Assembly (NCBI GenBank): GCA_002633005.1
Contig: NMRA01000085.1
Coordinates: 547,508 to 611,507 of the forward strand
Reading direction: 5' to 3'
Origin: Phoronis australis
Taxonomy: Eukaryota; Animalia; Phoronida
Length of the DNA stretch: 64,000 nucleotides
The position numbers and the translations under genes were made by a program. Below are positions 25,101 to 40,100 of this stretch, piece after piece; position 1 is the first letter of the stretch; each line of letters begins with the position of its first letter. A model generated the notes under the pieces. The model was not told where the DNA came from and ran no database searches. It saw only the letters and a list, made by a program, of their open reading frames with translations.

Positions 25101-28100
25101 TGGCAGTGTTGTGGGGTCATCTGAGATTGGTCGCACAGGGACTTTCAGATTAGTCCTCCTGGTGAGGTCTCGTTCAGCATCCATTGGCAGAGAGGTCGTC
25201 TTGGAAAGCTCCACTGTAACAGCAATACAAACATTGTACCTAAGTGCCTTACTAAGAACGAATTTGTGAATTTACCTCAACGATGGTAAACAAAGCCTTT
25301 AGCAAAGTCTTCAGAAACCTTCATATGTTTGTTTGTATATTATGTTATTACTGGCAATAAATGCATTGACAAAAGGTCTGCAGTAAAACAATAATGTGCA
25401 AGAAGCAAGATGAATTACGTACAGTGGTGGTCCCTGGGTAAGGACAAACTGGAGGCTATGTCATCCTTGTCCAAGGGCTTGCTGTGTTTACGTTTGGGAC
25501 CTTTGAATTTGATGAGGTTACGGAATATCCCCGACTTCTTCTTGTCCCTCATGTCCCCGTCGGGATCATCCTGACGAACAAAATAGAGCAACTATACATA
25601 GCAATAGGCAGAAGCAAGAAAGCCACCAAAATGTTAAAAATTGAGGCTAAGATGAAATACATCATGTGAAGCAGGTTGCAAACGAACTTTCAAAAGCAGG
25701 CAACAAATCTAGTACCACTTGAGCTTGTACAAAGCAGAGAACAAGGGGTGAAATTATTTTACCTAGGCACCGATCCTTGACATGGCAAAGACCACTTATT
25801 ATGTATTATGGACACAAGAAAAAGATGTGACCAATTTTTTCTAATTGTTCCCAATCAAGCACAGCAATGCCCCCCTCCCCCCACTCACACCACGGTATCT
25901 TATTTACCTTATTTACATCAATCCACACACTGCTGCGTGGACTTTACCTACTCACACCAATACCATCAACTGCCCATTTTACATTATCACCTCACTTAAG
26001 CCAAGCTACACAGCCGTCACCATTCCTCTCAATTCACATAAACACTCCCCCCAATCACCTAGCCTATACTAGTCTCCCCCACTGACCCCAATTCAAAAGC
26101 TACTATCCCAATTTACCCAACATCACACCACTCTAGTTACCTTGTCGTTGTACTTTACAGTGGCTTTAAACGTCTTTGGTATTGCACCCTGTGATGTGTC
26201 CTTCCTGGTGAGGTCAAGGTCGGCAGAGCACTTGCTTTCCCCACTCCCACTCGATGACCTGCTGGCAGCACTATCTCTCAACGAGGCTCCCGAGTCACGC
26301 ACGTTGCTATGGTTATCGCGATCGTCAGCAGCAACTGGAGCATCAGGACTGTGCGACTCGGCGTTGCACAAATCACCGAAGCCTGAATCTTCTCTCTGCA
26401 CATCAACTAGTCCATTAGCGAAGACGTCAGTCTCCGCATTGTCGCCAGACCCGCCAGCGATGCTATTGGATGGTTGCAAGAGAGCACAGTCACCACCGTC
26501 AAACGCTGAGCTAACCAAGAGGTCCTGAGCGCGAGAGTCCCGTTCACCCGCGGTATTCACAACATTGTTTTTATCACTATGTAAGGGATCAAAGAGATGC
26601 AGGGAAAGACTGGCATCGGTCTCTTCCTGCTTTTTTGTATGAAGAGGATCAAACAGACTGAGGGCCTGCGACAGTTCCGAGGCGTCGACGCCAGCCTTCG
26701 TCTCCACAGCAGGTGGCTGCGACGTGCTGGAGAAGAAATCTAGGTCATCCATGCTCGTCGATGTCGGAATGTTGAGAGAGAGGCGGGCAGCGATGGTGTC
26801 GGCAAGAAAACCGGTCTGGTCCGAGATGAACTCGCCCTGCGAAGAGGAATGCAAACGGTCAACGCTAGCTAAATGTGCAGAACACGTGCTTTGGCAAGAT
26901 CGCGTGCAACAGGAACTCACTTCATCCATGAAGGCAGGCTCATTTGACTCAACAAAAACCTCACAGATGGGGGCACAATCTGGCATGTCAGGCTCCCCAG
27001 GGGACACCAAAGTGCGACAGCGAACTAGTTGACCCATGGGGAGCGAGCGACGGTTCCTTGCCGACTCACCGCGCTGCTTTAAGTTGACGCTCGTTGGACT
27101 AAGAGGGGCACTAACAAGCGGCTGGGGGGGCAGGGGGAAGGTGGTCGGGCGTTCTATACTTCTCAATACTGTCTGTACACGACCTTCAGCATACTTTAAA
27201 GAGTCAGAGGCACGCTTGTCGCCAGTGACATAGGTTTCAGCGTTCTCCCTGCTCTGAAAAGAATTCACTAAGTCGTGTACCGTCGAGCGTGATCGTTGTC
27301 GGCCATCTGCATCGCCGTGTCGGTACTGAACCAAGAAGTTATCCTCTAAGCCAGGTGCCACGTCAGGAACGGCGTCTTCAGGAGAAACGAATTCAGTAGG
27401 CATCATGGCCCCGCCCATAGCGCCCTCTGACATTTCATCACCAGCATCTGTAATATGAGAACAGAAAACTACTTGTCAAATAACAAGTTTCCATACTTAC
27501 ACCACTCCAAAAGCCCCCACTAGGGAAAAGTCCATAAGGGCTCTTCTGGAAAGAACGTTCAAAAAAACTCGTCCCCGATTGCTTTGCATGTCAAGTAGGT
27601 GATTGTGCAAAATTTCAATATTTTCTCATGTTTTGATCTTTAAAAGGACAGTCAAAGAATGTCAATTTGATAACTTCTCAACAGAACGGTTGCCAAGCAC
27701 CCCTTGTAGTAGCTAAGTCGCTCACAAAGTGAAACCTCCTCTTACAACAAGCCTTAAAAGTCAAAGACGAGCTGACAGCAATGCAGGTCTCAAAACGAGT
27801 TCCCGAAAGAACCCCAGCATTTTCCCCGAAAGACTCTTTTTGGGCACAAAGTTGCTTTAATAAAATGGTCATTTCTGAAAGAGTTTCTACGGATACTCTT
27901 TTGGAAATCCCCGGTAGCCCTCATCATCAAGCAAGGACAAAATACGAGTTAAACGCCATTTCACAGCTAGACAAGCAAGATAGTCTGTTTCCCTGTCACT
28001 GTTATCGCTTGCATTTGTACCATAATTTGATTGGTTGATTTCGCTCTAGTGGAGCTAAGACTGCTCTCTATCTCAGCACGGTGACTGCACACTTTGTTAC

Positions 28101-31100
28101 AGCGCCTCCTATAGGGAAATGTAGACCTGTGAAATGATGATGAATGATAGGCAATTTTGTGTGTGCACCAGAACACGTCTTGGTTTGGACACTTGTGGTA
28201 TACATATGGTAAGACTATGACCCAGAAAAATTTAGTGAATTAATTTGATTCTTTGTTTGATGCCTGGTAAGACTGCGTGCACCAAAAAAAAACACGAACT
28301 TGTGTGGAATGCATCGATGTGTTCTGCTCTTCAGTTAGCAGTAACCACAAGTGACAAAACTATTCTCAAGAGACAGAGCTGTGTACACATGCAGTTCTCA
28401 ACATTAACCAATTGGGATGTTTGAATGTGATTTTCCAACCAATCGGATTGTCCCAAAGCCACCACTGAGAAGCAATATTACATGACCAATCCGCAGTGCA
28501 TAAGGAAACAGTGTCAGTTGGCTGCAGTGCCCTTTCTTCACTCACATTTTGGTCATTACCCTGATCACCATTACCTGGTTCATCCTGCTCCAGGGTACTC
28601 GAGCTAGCTACCAATACTTCATCAGTGTCAAGTTCTGCTAGTCGGTCCGCCTGTCGTTCACTAGTGTCGCTTGCTAGCACATCTGTGCTCCAGGCTGACT
28701 CACTACGAGTCTCAAAGGCTTCTGACACCTAAAATTAACATAATAAATTATAATGCACTTATCATGATCTTGGTTGTAACACCATCTTGAAAAAAGGACA
28801 ATAATTTGGATAATCGTTGCTGGAAGCCAAGATAAGTAAGGTCCATACATAAAGTCTTGATAACTTGAAATCTAACAACACTATGTGGCAGTCTTTTAAA
28901 TGACATCATAGCTACATACAGTAAAGTACATGCCAGTAATAATCAGACAAAATGGCCACGGATTCCACTTGACAATGGCTGAGAGCAAGCGGAATTTACC
29001 AACAAAGAAGGTAGAATGGTCCATCATGACGACTCATCACCAGTCGTGACAAGGGAACGCTATTTTGTCTGATTGCTTCTGATAAATTAGCCATCCTATC
29101 TGTTTACTGTTGATTTCAGTGCACAAGCATTAAGAGAGAAAATTTTAAGAATGGGCTGAGCTACAACTTCAATTATTGAACAATGCTGTTTAATTGACAG
29201 ATACCATTTCCTGCACGCAAACATTCAACTTTGGATTTTTGATGTACGCATTTATTTACAAATTGCCCCAAAAGACATTGATTAGAGGAAAACTATGGCA
29301 CAAGTTGTAATTTGAGTCTGATCATCCAATACGCCAATCCACCACCAGATGGAGTTCAGGACAAGGATTGAAACTCACAGTCAAAGTGGCACCTGGGTGA
29401 AGATGGTAACAGGAAGGCATCCAACAAGTTGGCTTTTTAAAATTCCGTTTTTACAAAACTGTTGATTATTGGACAGGATATCTTGAATGAAATGATGCTT
29501 TTTTATTAGATAGGATTCAAAATTGTTATTTACAAGGAGAACTGTCCCTACATAATGTAGTCCTTAATTATACCCCCAGGTACAGTGTATTGAATTAACA
29601 ATGAACACGGGAAAAGGAAAACCTAGTCTCTTACAGGTAAATCCAAGACGTTTGCTTCAGCACCATATACCCTATACCATGGGAAGGCAGGTGACAGGTG
29701 AAATTTAATCAACATCAACGTACCTCTCTGATATTCAACAAACTGTTCTGGGTCGAGTCCTCGATCACCTCCTCAAGTCGTTCCAGCTGACTCGTGTCGG
29801 GCGGCTCTGAATCGCTGGCGAGCACATCTGTACTCCACGTGTCACTCACTGTAGACTTAGAGTCATCTGCAACCGTATCGGGAAATAAATTTTGAGCGAC
29901 GTCAAATTTACAAATCATTTGACCAATAGGTACAAAGATCCCAAACTCTCACCACTAATGTGGCATTAGGTCTCAAATATATTACTACTACGAATACCCA
30001 AGAACACAAAGTTGACCAGCATGCTTAAAAAAGACTTACACATGTTTAGCTGTACACAAACGGATGCAACTGCTTATCATAAATAGAAGTGTTGAATGAC
30101 CACAGTTTGTGGCAATAGAATTCATTACAAAAGAAACAACAGTGCGTTGTTTGATGCATACAATGTGTACAACGGCCAGATGTTTAAAGCAAAACAAAGA
30201 TGTTACAAATTGTGGTCTTTCTGAAACAAAGCAAGTAGGCAATAATCCATTGAGTTCAGCTCAAATCCATTAGCATCACCATAGTAACTTCTGTATCAAA
30301 GATAATCCCAAGGCAGAGCAATGACACACTTACGTTCCATCTCCGATCGGATATCAAACTTGCCGAACCTATCAGGTACGTCCTCGCGCCCCGGTCTTTG
30401 CACCGTCACGGGCAGATTGGGGTAGACAACGTCAGACCTGGTCTCTCGATCAGGATGAGAGTCAGCATGGGAGGACGGTGTGTCCCTGCCGCTGATATTG
30501 GGTGTGCCCCGCCCACTAACATTGGCCGACACCATGTCTGTCAGAAAAATGCATTCCCTTATTCAATGACAGCTTTAGTTTTGTGATATCAATTATTTTT
30601 TAATTTCCAGTTGTTTTTTGTTAATCAGAGTAGACAATTTCCCTCTTTTACAAGCCACAAGAGCATTTTAATCAATTGTATTCTTTTCTCATCAAGAAAT
30701 TCTGATCTTGTATTCTGTTGTCAACACTAATACGCTAAGCTAAAAGTGTTACGCAATGTAAACAAAGCACACTTTCAATTTTAACGAGGCCTGCTACTCA
30801 TCATACCTCGTTCCTCACCTGACAGACTCTCGTCATCGTCCTCCAAATTGACGGAGCCGATGGAGCGGACCGATGCTGCCTCCGAGATGGCCTCCGGATA
30901 GTCACTTGTGCCCCCTATGGACTCCTGGTCATGGGAGACCGAAAATCGAGTCCGCTTCTCAATGATTTCGTTGGGCACACTTCGCTGGCCACGGTCCTGC
31001 TGTTCCAAGTTCAGCACCTGAAAAACGTACGTCGTCAATGACACGAAAGATTTAGAGGACTCTGATCATCCTGGCAGTCTTATGACATGAAGCGAAAATT

Positions 31101-34100
31101 ACATTACTCCTGCTGTGAAATTGGACAGGATGGAATTCAGCCTTTCCAAAATTGCTATCGCAAGTACTAGCATCAATTAATTACGTATCTATGCGTGATT
31201 TTAATGTCCACATTGGCGCGAGCTTGAGCAGTTCGTAATGCAGATATTTATACACAAAAGTGTTGAGTCATACTTGCCGTAAATGGGTAATTTTGGTAGA
31301 ACACAAACTATCATAAAAAGATTTATATGAAATTCTATACAATCATATCAATGCCATGATATAAATTGTTGATAATAATGCAATTTTACCAGCTGATATA
31401 ACTTTCATGCAAGGTCTATCATCAATCATAATAATTTATGATGTATTGTTATCACTGAGTAATGATAAATGATCACCAGAGGAATTCCATGAAAGACGTA
31501 TGAATGATGATCATTTATCATTAGCCTGATATGAATTCATACCAACCAAAATGGAGGTGTACAGCAACGTGACTGAACGACAGGTTGCAAATGAGTGCTG
31601 GTCCACAGGTGGCCCAGAATACACAGTCACACTTCAGTGACCTCAATGCACACCAACTGTTATTCTAATGTAGGCCCAGAATACACAGTCACACTTCAGT
31701 GACCTCCATGCACACCAACTGTTATTCTAATGTAGAAATTCATCACACAAGTCTAAGCATTTAGCCAAGTATCTACAGTACAAAGCTGCAGAAATCAACT
31801 TTGTTGTGACGGAAAACCTAAAAACTTTGATTTTTACCTTTTTCATAATCATACTTATTTCACATTACTTAGGTCACATGACCATGACTTTTCAGTAACC
31901 AGAAAAGCACATCCACATCATAATGACAGTATCAATGATCAGGCCAAATTCGATCACATTTAACACTTCGAGAGGAAAGCCCAATCTCACTTTGTTTCCT
32001 TTCATGCAATTTTAGAGCCTTTCGTGAAAATCATGAACTCCTACTTTGATAGTCACCCAAACCAAAAGTGGAACGTTTTAAAACAATGCCTAACACTGTT
32101 TTGGCTTGGTCAAATTTTTCTAAGGTCGGACATAACCTTAATGTGCTTTTCAGGATTCCTGTGGACCTGTCAGTTTTTAAAATTTTGGAGGAAAGCAAAT
32201 TTCATTGAATGTACAAGCACTAATTCGATGAAGACATTACCATCCCAAAATTCGCCACGACCAAATAATTAACATAAAACTATAGTTCTCATACTATCTT
32301 TCGATGCATCACTGCCAAAATACAATATTTTTTACCACGAATTTTAATATTAAATAATTTTTGTCTTCATGAATGATTTTAGTCATTAAATCTTTTTTTA
32401 ATTATAAAAGTTGGGAATTGCAACAAATATACATAAAATATTGTGCTATTCTCATGTACCATATGACTGAACACCTACTTAATGTGTGAAAGAGCGAAAC
32501 AGAGTCATACCTTCTCCTCAGGGGTCAAACCAGGGCAGTCTCCCACAGTCTCTATGGCGATGACCAGTACGTCTTCCTCGACACTTAGCCCCTCCCCTAC
32601 ATCCAATTGGGCCTGGATAACCTCCTCCGGTGACACCATCGACTTCTTCTTCACGCCTGAAGGGGGAGGTAGCGTGGTGATAATGGGTTGAAGGCACTTA
32701 TGGACAGCAATGCTTAGCAATGACATGGTTACCTCGGTAACAATATTAAAAACAAGCAACCCTAGAACATGTTTTCTTCTAAAGAAATGTATTTACAATC
32801 GTCTACATGGCCATTCAAATTAAAAAAAAATCTTCTTATACTGAAATTTATCATAGTTTAAAACAAAAATTTATCAAAAAAACGCTCTTCTAACTGGATA
32901 CTTGATATATGACGTTTTCTTCAGCTTAGATTCTGAGCAGACAGGTATTTTTAGACAATTTCTTACCGGTCCTTCATTCAACTATGCCTACATCACGTCC
33001 AAACGGTTTTGACGAGATTCAAGTCTTTTGAAACTAGATGCAACACAGTACTTCCACCTGAGCAAACTAGTAAACAATGTCAAAGGTCACAGTGATGAAA
33101 GCCGTCTGCATTTTAGGTTTGGCCTGATAAGCCACAAGGCATCTCTTGGTACGTCTGCTTTCCAATGTGAACATTAATTTTCTTTCATCTGTTTATGACG
33201 ACCAGTCCATCAGCACAGAGCCACGCCCACTGACACTTACCTTTCCTTTTGTGACGTGTGGGTGGAGTAGAAGGGGGCGTGCCATTGGGTGTGGCAGTGT
33301 CCATGTGTGAAGCAGCAGAAGTAGGCACAGCTGGCAGATCAGCCATGAGCTCTTCCAACAGTTTCTTATCGCTGTGTCCATCTGGCAAGATTGACATGAC
33401 GTGACGAAAAAATGCCACCTGTTGGAAGTTGTCAACATTAAATTCAATTAGCAAACAACATTTATAATGAAAAAGCATCACAAAATCTACTATGACAGAA
33501 GTCAGCTTTGAAGAACACATAATAGTTTTGATGTCTATGACTACTTTCAAACTTTGGTCAGAGGACACAGGGGACCATTAACAAACTCGAAAAGGGCCAA
33601 CAGGGGGTGTTGACCATATACTGAAGCGCTACCTATCTAACATAGACTGAACACGATGACAACCAATTATTTTCAAAGATAAACACCAAACCCTTGATTC
33701 TAATGAACTACCGGCACTGCCGTGATTTCATTCTCCCCAAAACAATTTGTTTCTAGTTTTCATTTCCAGTCATTGCACACAACGTATCTCAGTTTGGGGT
33801 GTATATTTTGTTCTTTCACATCCAATACTAGATCACCAAGTTAATGGTAATTCATTTACACCGGACAAAAATAACAATTCCCAAATGTTTCATTTTCCAT
33901 ATTTTAAGACCGATTACTTAACTACAAATAATGGAAAAGTTGCCTTATGACACCTACACAGAGCAACCTTAATCTTTATTTTCGTTGGGAAATTTGGTAA
34001 AAAAGAATTCCACTTGTCGGCCATATTGTGATCTAAAGAAGAAAAAGCACAACAATGAGAACTCAGTGAGAATTTTATGAACAAATTAGTGTGAACAATT

Positions 34101-37100
34101 TGCTCTCACCAAAGATGACAGCTCCGATGGGGTGATGAGTACAGCTGACCTTGTGAGGCCATGAATGGCTTGGCCCTGACGTGGAATCTTCTCCGACGCG
34201 TTCTGCAGCATCGTGTCCAGCAGTGATGACATGCAGTGCTGCAGACATAATAGTAATTATAATTATAATACTAATTATAATGGTAATGATTAATACTAAA
34301 GTATACGATTACGTATCGCTAGTAACAATACTCATCACAATAATTGTAATAAAAAAATACAAAATACTATTAATGATAATGGTAACAATTTAATAAATTC
34401 TGGATCTGGCATAATTCTTCATGATCCTTGTTCATTCTCTACAGCTTACCCAAGATGTGTGTACCACAGGTTACAATGAAATAACATTTAGTTATCACAG
34501 ATACGACGCGTTCCTTGAACAATGGCGAAAAAAAACGGACAATTACGATGGTCATAAAACGAGTTATTTGTTCTATGTTTCTATTATCGTATCTGGATAT
34601 ATTTAGTAAGGGTGCAACAATAAATCAAATTGTAATCGATTCAGGATGTGAAGGCAACCAATTAGACATAACAATATGTTGAGGCCCGTCTCGATAAGAT
34701 ACTTAATTTCCAATTTACGACTTGTTTGCACCTTATGAATAGAGTACTTGAACAAATAAGGAGATCGTGATTGTTTATCATTTAGAAACTTATAATTTCC
34801 TGGCTAAAGTTAGAACAAGTGGCAAGTCAACTACTTATGTTTTAAAGAATATGAAGTAATTTGATAAACAAGAATAGAGTTGAAAATAATATCATTCATA
34901 CATAAGAATCAAATTCCTAACAATGTATAATGTCTGACCCCTTGTACTCAAGTCCAAGCACCTATACTTGAAGCTGTGCCTATACGGGGAAGTAGGTGCA
35001 TGGAAAATGGATATGCGAACCATAAACACACTTGAAAGTGATGCTCGAGTTATACGTAGGTGCATATACTTTTTAAAACTCTCAACATTTTGATAAGCGG
35101 GATGTAGTGAAGAACTTTGCAAATATTATATTCTTAGATAATGTGTCCAGAAGGGATTCCATCTACATGGATTTGGTGTACAACTTGAACAAGTAGTTTT
35201 TCAGTTGAAAATTGTTGGAATTTGAAAAACTTAAATTGTACTGTTTAAGTAAATCTATCATTACTTGGCGGAATTCTTCCGCCAAGTATGTTGCTCTGAC
35301 AGCAAGTTTTTTTTTTTTTTTTTTTTTTTTTNNNNNNNNNNNNNNNNNNNNNNNNNNNNNNNNNNNNNNNNNNNNNNNNNNNNNNNNNNNNNNNNNNNNN
35401 NNNNNNNNNNNNNNNNNNNNNNNNNNNNNNNNNNNNNNNNNNNNNNNNNNNNNNNNNNNNNNNNNNNNNNNNNNNNNNNNNNNNNNNNNNNNNNNNNNNN
35501 NNNNNNNNNNNNNNNNNNNNNNNNNNNNNNNNNNNNNNNNNNNNNNNNNNNNNNNNNNNNNNNNNNNNNNNNNNNNNNNNNNNNNNNNNNNNNNNNNNNN
35601 NNNNNNNNNNNNNNNNNNNNNNNNNNNNNNNNNNNNNNNNNNNNNNNNNNNNNNNNNNNNNNNNNNNNNNNNNNNNNNNNNNNNNNNNNNNNNNNNNNNN
35701 NNNNNNNNNNNNNNNNNNNNNNNNNNNNNNNNNNNNNNNNNNNNNNNNNNNNNNNNNNNNNNNNNNNNNNNNNNNNNNNNNNNNNNNNNNNNNNNNNNNN
35801 NNNNNNNNNNNNNNNNNNNNNNNNNNNATTTTCAGTTTGCGCTACGACGTCTACTTTTTGAATTATTCGAGATTTTCGGATACCGTTGTTACAATTCGGT
35901 CACGCAGCTGGCTGGCTTTGTTTTGGTTATGCCTAGTTGACCCAGACTGACCCAGCCAGCACTGTTCTACTGTGGCATAGCTCACTGTAGACTGTACAAT
36001 TCCAGGGCAAATACTTAACTTTGCTTTGCAGACTGTCACATAGCGCCACCTATTTTAGAATGTGGGAACAGACATGACTCGTCCGTCATGCTGGGCCATC
36101 TATTGTTCTTTATTGTAGTTGATTGTCTGCTCTCTATTTGATTTCTTCGCTAGTCACATGAATGTTATTGTGTTATCGTCTTATTTATAATTGCCGCCGT
36201 GATCGTCTTGTTTCTTTGATTTCGACCTATTCAGGTCTTTTCAATAAATAATGTAATAACTGTCATGTCCTTTATAAATATGAAAACATTAAAATCAAAT
36301 TTGTTAGCTGTTATTCCTGCTAGTTATACAAGTTCACAAGTAAACATTCCATAACACAAAATGAGCTTATGTAAGTTACAATTCAGGAATGCAGTCAAAT
36401 CAAGCCCTAGAAAATTATTGAGCACTGGCAAAATTAGCTTATTGACTATGCATGTTTCTGTGTGCTCAGCAAGGTATACCTTTGTACAAAGGACACCGAC
36501 CTTAACACCTGAAAGCAAAACTTTGGCATTTTAGCCAATAAGTGAAATATTTGAGTACAAACACTTTTCTTGGAAAAAATGCATTATTTCGAATTTTGGC
36601 ACATGAACCTAAATATGATTGTGAGCATATATCCAGTATTTGTTAATAAAATTCTTAACGATGCCTGAATATAAGTCACAGAAATTACACATTGGAGGAC
36701 ATGTATCTACCGTATCAGACCCAACAAAGCTAGATCACAGACAAGTACCAGTAAGTAGACAGTTTAAAAAATTGTAACTACTAGGTAAACAGCTTACAGC
36801 GAGGCACTCTTTCGTCACTAGGTGGCACTAACAAAGAAAGGGCCTTCTCTTTAACATATGTTATACATTATATTGCGCCCGTCTGAATCCAAGAATGCCG
36901 TGTTATTAGTTTATTACCCAAACACAGACATTTTTATGGGTATGTGCCTTGCGCCACTAACGCCACCTATTGAATTTCAAGTTCCCTATTCACGTTAAAA
37001 ATTCTCCAATTTGATGCACTGAAAAATTATATTACTCAAGGTTGTACCTTTTCCCAAACTAGAAATAGGCAATATTGGTCGTCCAAATTCAAGAATCACC

Positions 37101-40100
37101 GGAAAGAAGGCAAAATTACCCAGATCGAAAAACACATTGTCTGGAAATTGAGAAATATGGTGAGCGCAAAAATCTCCTATTTCTAAACTACAGAATCAAA
37201 AAAATTCAATTTTCTGGGAGATTCCGTGTCCCAAGTTCTACAGACTGTCCCAAATTGGAGGATCTTTGCCATAGGATAAACTATGTGAGAGTGAAACCTT
37301 TGGAAAACACAAGTCAATGTATAATAGGTAAGAATATTAGGAGATGGTTTGCTGAATACACTGAAATTAAAATCATACTGATGAATACACTCTTTCACAG
37401 TGCTATGAAAGGTACCACTGTGAAGTGTTGTTTAACATAGCTTCTTCTCATTGGTTAAAGTTAATGAAACTGAAGTCATAACATTCAATCATTCTCATTG
37501 GTTGAAATCTGGGAAACCCCTTTCAGTTTACTGTTACATACCCTATGGCAACCACCTTTGAGTTGCGATTTATTAAAAACGGGCAGAGATCAGACTAAAT
37601 AAAATCAAGGAAACCCGATCCAGTGGCTTAAGCCCAAACAAGCACAGTGCATAGGTATGTGCAAATGTTGGCAATGTGATCGATAAACTTCCAACCAAGC
37701 ATGCGTAATAATGCCCACAAACGGAACTCCGTGTGTCGTTCATCATGTTTCCACACGGCCACTTTTCAGTATAGGTGGCGCTGTGTCAGAGGGAAACAGA
37801 TGAAGTCCTCAACACAAAAAAATAATTCAATAATTTACTGAGAATTTCCATTGTGTTTTGAAATAATACAAGGTAGAAATTTAAAATTCACAACTAAAAT
37901 GACACTACCACAAAAATCTAAGTCAGTCTCTACTACACAGCACCGAATGAGTGAAGTCAAAACTTCTGAAGTTCGCACTCACGAATCTAGTCTCAGCAAC
38001 CAAAAGTATATTTCTTAAAGGAAAGAGATTGTAGAATTTGACTTTTTGCTAAATCTGTCTTTAATTAATCTTAATCTTATAGTAAAATTTAGCAAAAAAG
38101 ATACATTGATAGCAAACCAACAATATCAAGATCATGAAATTTCATTTGATGTAAATATTCAAGATGAAATCTCAAATTCTAGCTTTCTAAACTGTCATTT
38201 TGTTCTCCCTTTATGCAACTTTGTTTTTTTGGAAAATCATAAAAATCCTGTTTTTGATAGTTCTTCATGCAAAAGTCGAACATTTAAAAACAGTTCATAA
38301 CAGCATAAAGCATAATATCTGAAAATTTCATCCGAGTCAGTTCAGCCATTTCTGAGATACGACGTTCCGAAGTTAACCAAATATGGACGTTTTTCCTAGA
38401 GTTCTCGGTTACCTTAAAGTTGTCACTCTATGTGGTTCTAAAACACCTCATTTCTATCTACATGCCCATACCCTAGCTTTACAGATCAATCCAAATATAG
38501 AATGATGACTTTCTAGCAATCTGAGTCAACCAAAGGCCAACCAATTCTGACTCATTCAGAAATCAGGAAATGGAAATTCCTGTCAAAGTGATCTCGTTCT
38601 ACCAGGAGACAAAGGCAACATGTACTACCATGATGGGCGAACTATGAAAGAAATCAAACTACCGTACCATGGCTGCTTCGAGATAAGATATGAACAAATC
38701 TGACATTCACTGTAACTATACAACTCAGCACATTCAACTACAAGTTTCGAATCCCAAATGTAGTGGACCATACAAATCAAGATACAAATCTGTGCAATAA
38801 CATACTTTGAGTATGACATCATTTTTCGTTTGTTTCATCAAGAACTTTTTTACACAGGCATAAGAAGTTGTGCAGCATTTAAATTTGGATGTCTGGGATA
38901 TTTTCATCATCTTCAGATTTTTCTAAAGGCTTTATGTGTGATCTAACTGAACAGGGAACTTTAACTAAGAATTACAGAAAACAATGTCATAGAAAAACAG
39001 ATAACTAGTATTCGAATTCTAAGGGTCGTATTAATGAGGCTTTATTGCCGTCATATAGAAAAATAAGTGACCAGCAGGTGGATTTAGAAAACATTGGCTG
39101 AAAATAAAATAAGGCCAGAACTTAAACTCGCAGAGTCAAGTGCTGAACTGAAAACAATACCAGTTGATAAATGTAATTTAGATTGTCAGCCTTCCTAAAA
39201 ATTCAAGATTAAAACTATCGCAAAACATGTAGACTTACTGTCTCTCACAGTTCAAGTGAAATAAAACACGGTGTACAACAAACCACGTTGATAAAATTTT
39301 TATGAAACTGTCATATCGTAAATACTTTGATTTATGTGTAACAAAAGCATATCAGTTGAAATTTTTATGCATGTGAATACCACATTCCCTACGACAGAAA
39401 ATACATTTAACAAGATGGGAATTGCAAAATTTGTGTACGTGTTCATACTAACGGGGTTTGTACGTCGAGCCTCAGAATAAGTACACTAAACTAGTGCCAA
39501 ATGTGCAAAATGTCACAATTTGCTGAAGGAATAACTAAATCTACCGGGTGCTCAAACCATTACATTGTTTTTTAAACTCAACACAAGTGAGTCAAACTAG
39601 CCACAACAAAGTTCAAAACTCGTTGCTAAGACAACCCAATCCAGGTTGCGGAAACACTGGAATACTGTAGTTAAAACAGGTTAAACATTCAGTAAAAAAT
39701 ACGAGACAACATAAATTTATTTGGATTGATTTTGGCACCGATTATCCATTAAATGTCGTCCTCGGATATGTATCAAAATATTAGGACTAGTTTCACAGTT
39801 TGAAACTGATACCGATACTGTAAATTCGACACTGACAACCCTGCAACACCGATCCCAAAGATGAGAAACATCCATACCGAAGACAAAATCTGTAAAACGA
39901 GTAGCAGCTGGACTATTTTTTCATGTGATTATTCCGACGCTCATATTGACGAGAACCAGCAACTTCACAGTAGTGACCTACTACCAGTTGTGGACATCAG
40001 TTTGGAGATGGACTTCAGCAACAGGGAAACACTCAACATACAGCTGTTTAAGTGTTGCAAGAACACAGAAGCGACTTACGTTCTAATTTCGGTAAGTTGA

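Noticed and set aside
26142-27233. Plus-strand ORFs overlapping GAPVD1 exons (also 24041-24454 and 42027-42955)
   Set aside because: These are antisense shadows of real coding exons and have no independent motifs.
31611-31734. Repeat units as a CRISPR-like array
   Set aside because: Two contiguous copies with no spacers in a eukaryotic intron, so this is a simple tandem duplication.
35212-35940. Long ORFs of 242 and 198 aa
   Set aside because: Artefacts of translating the N gap.
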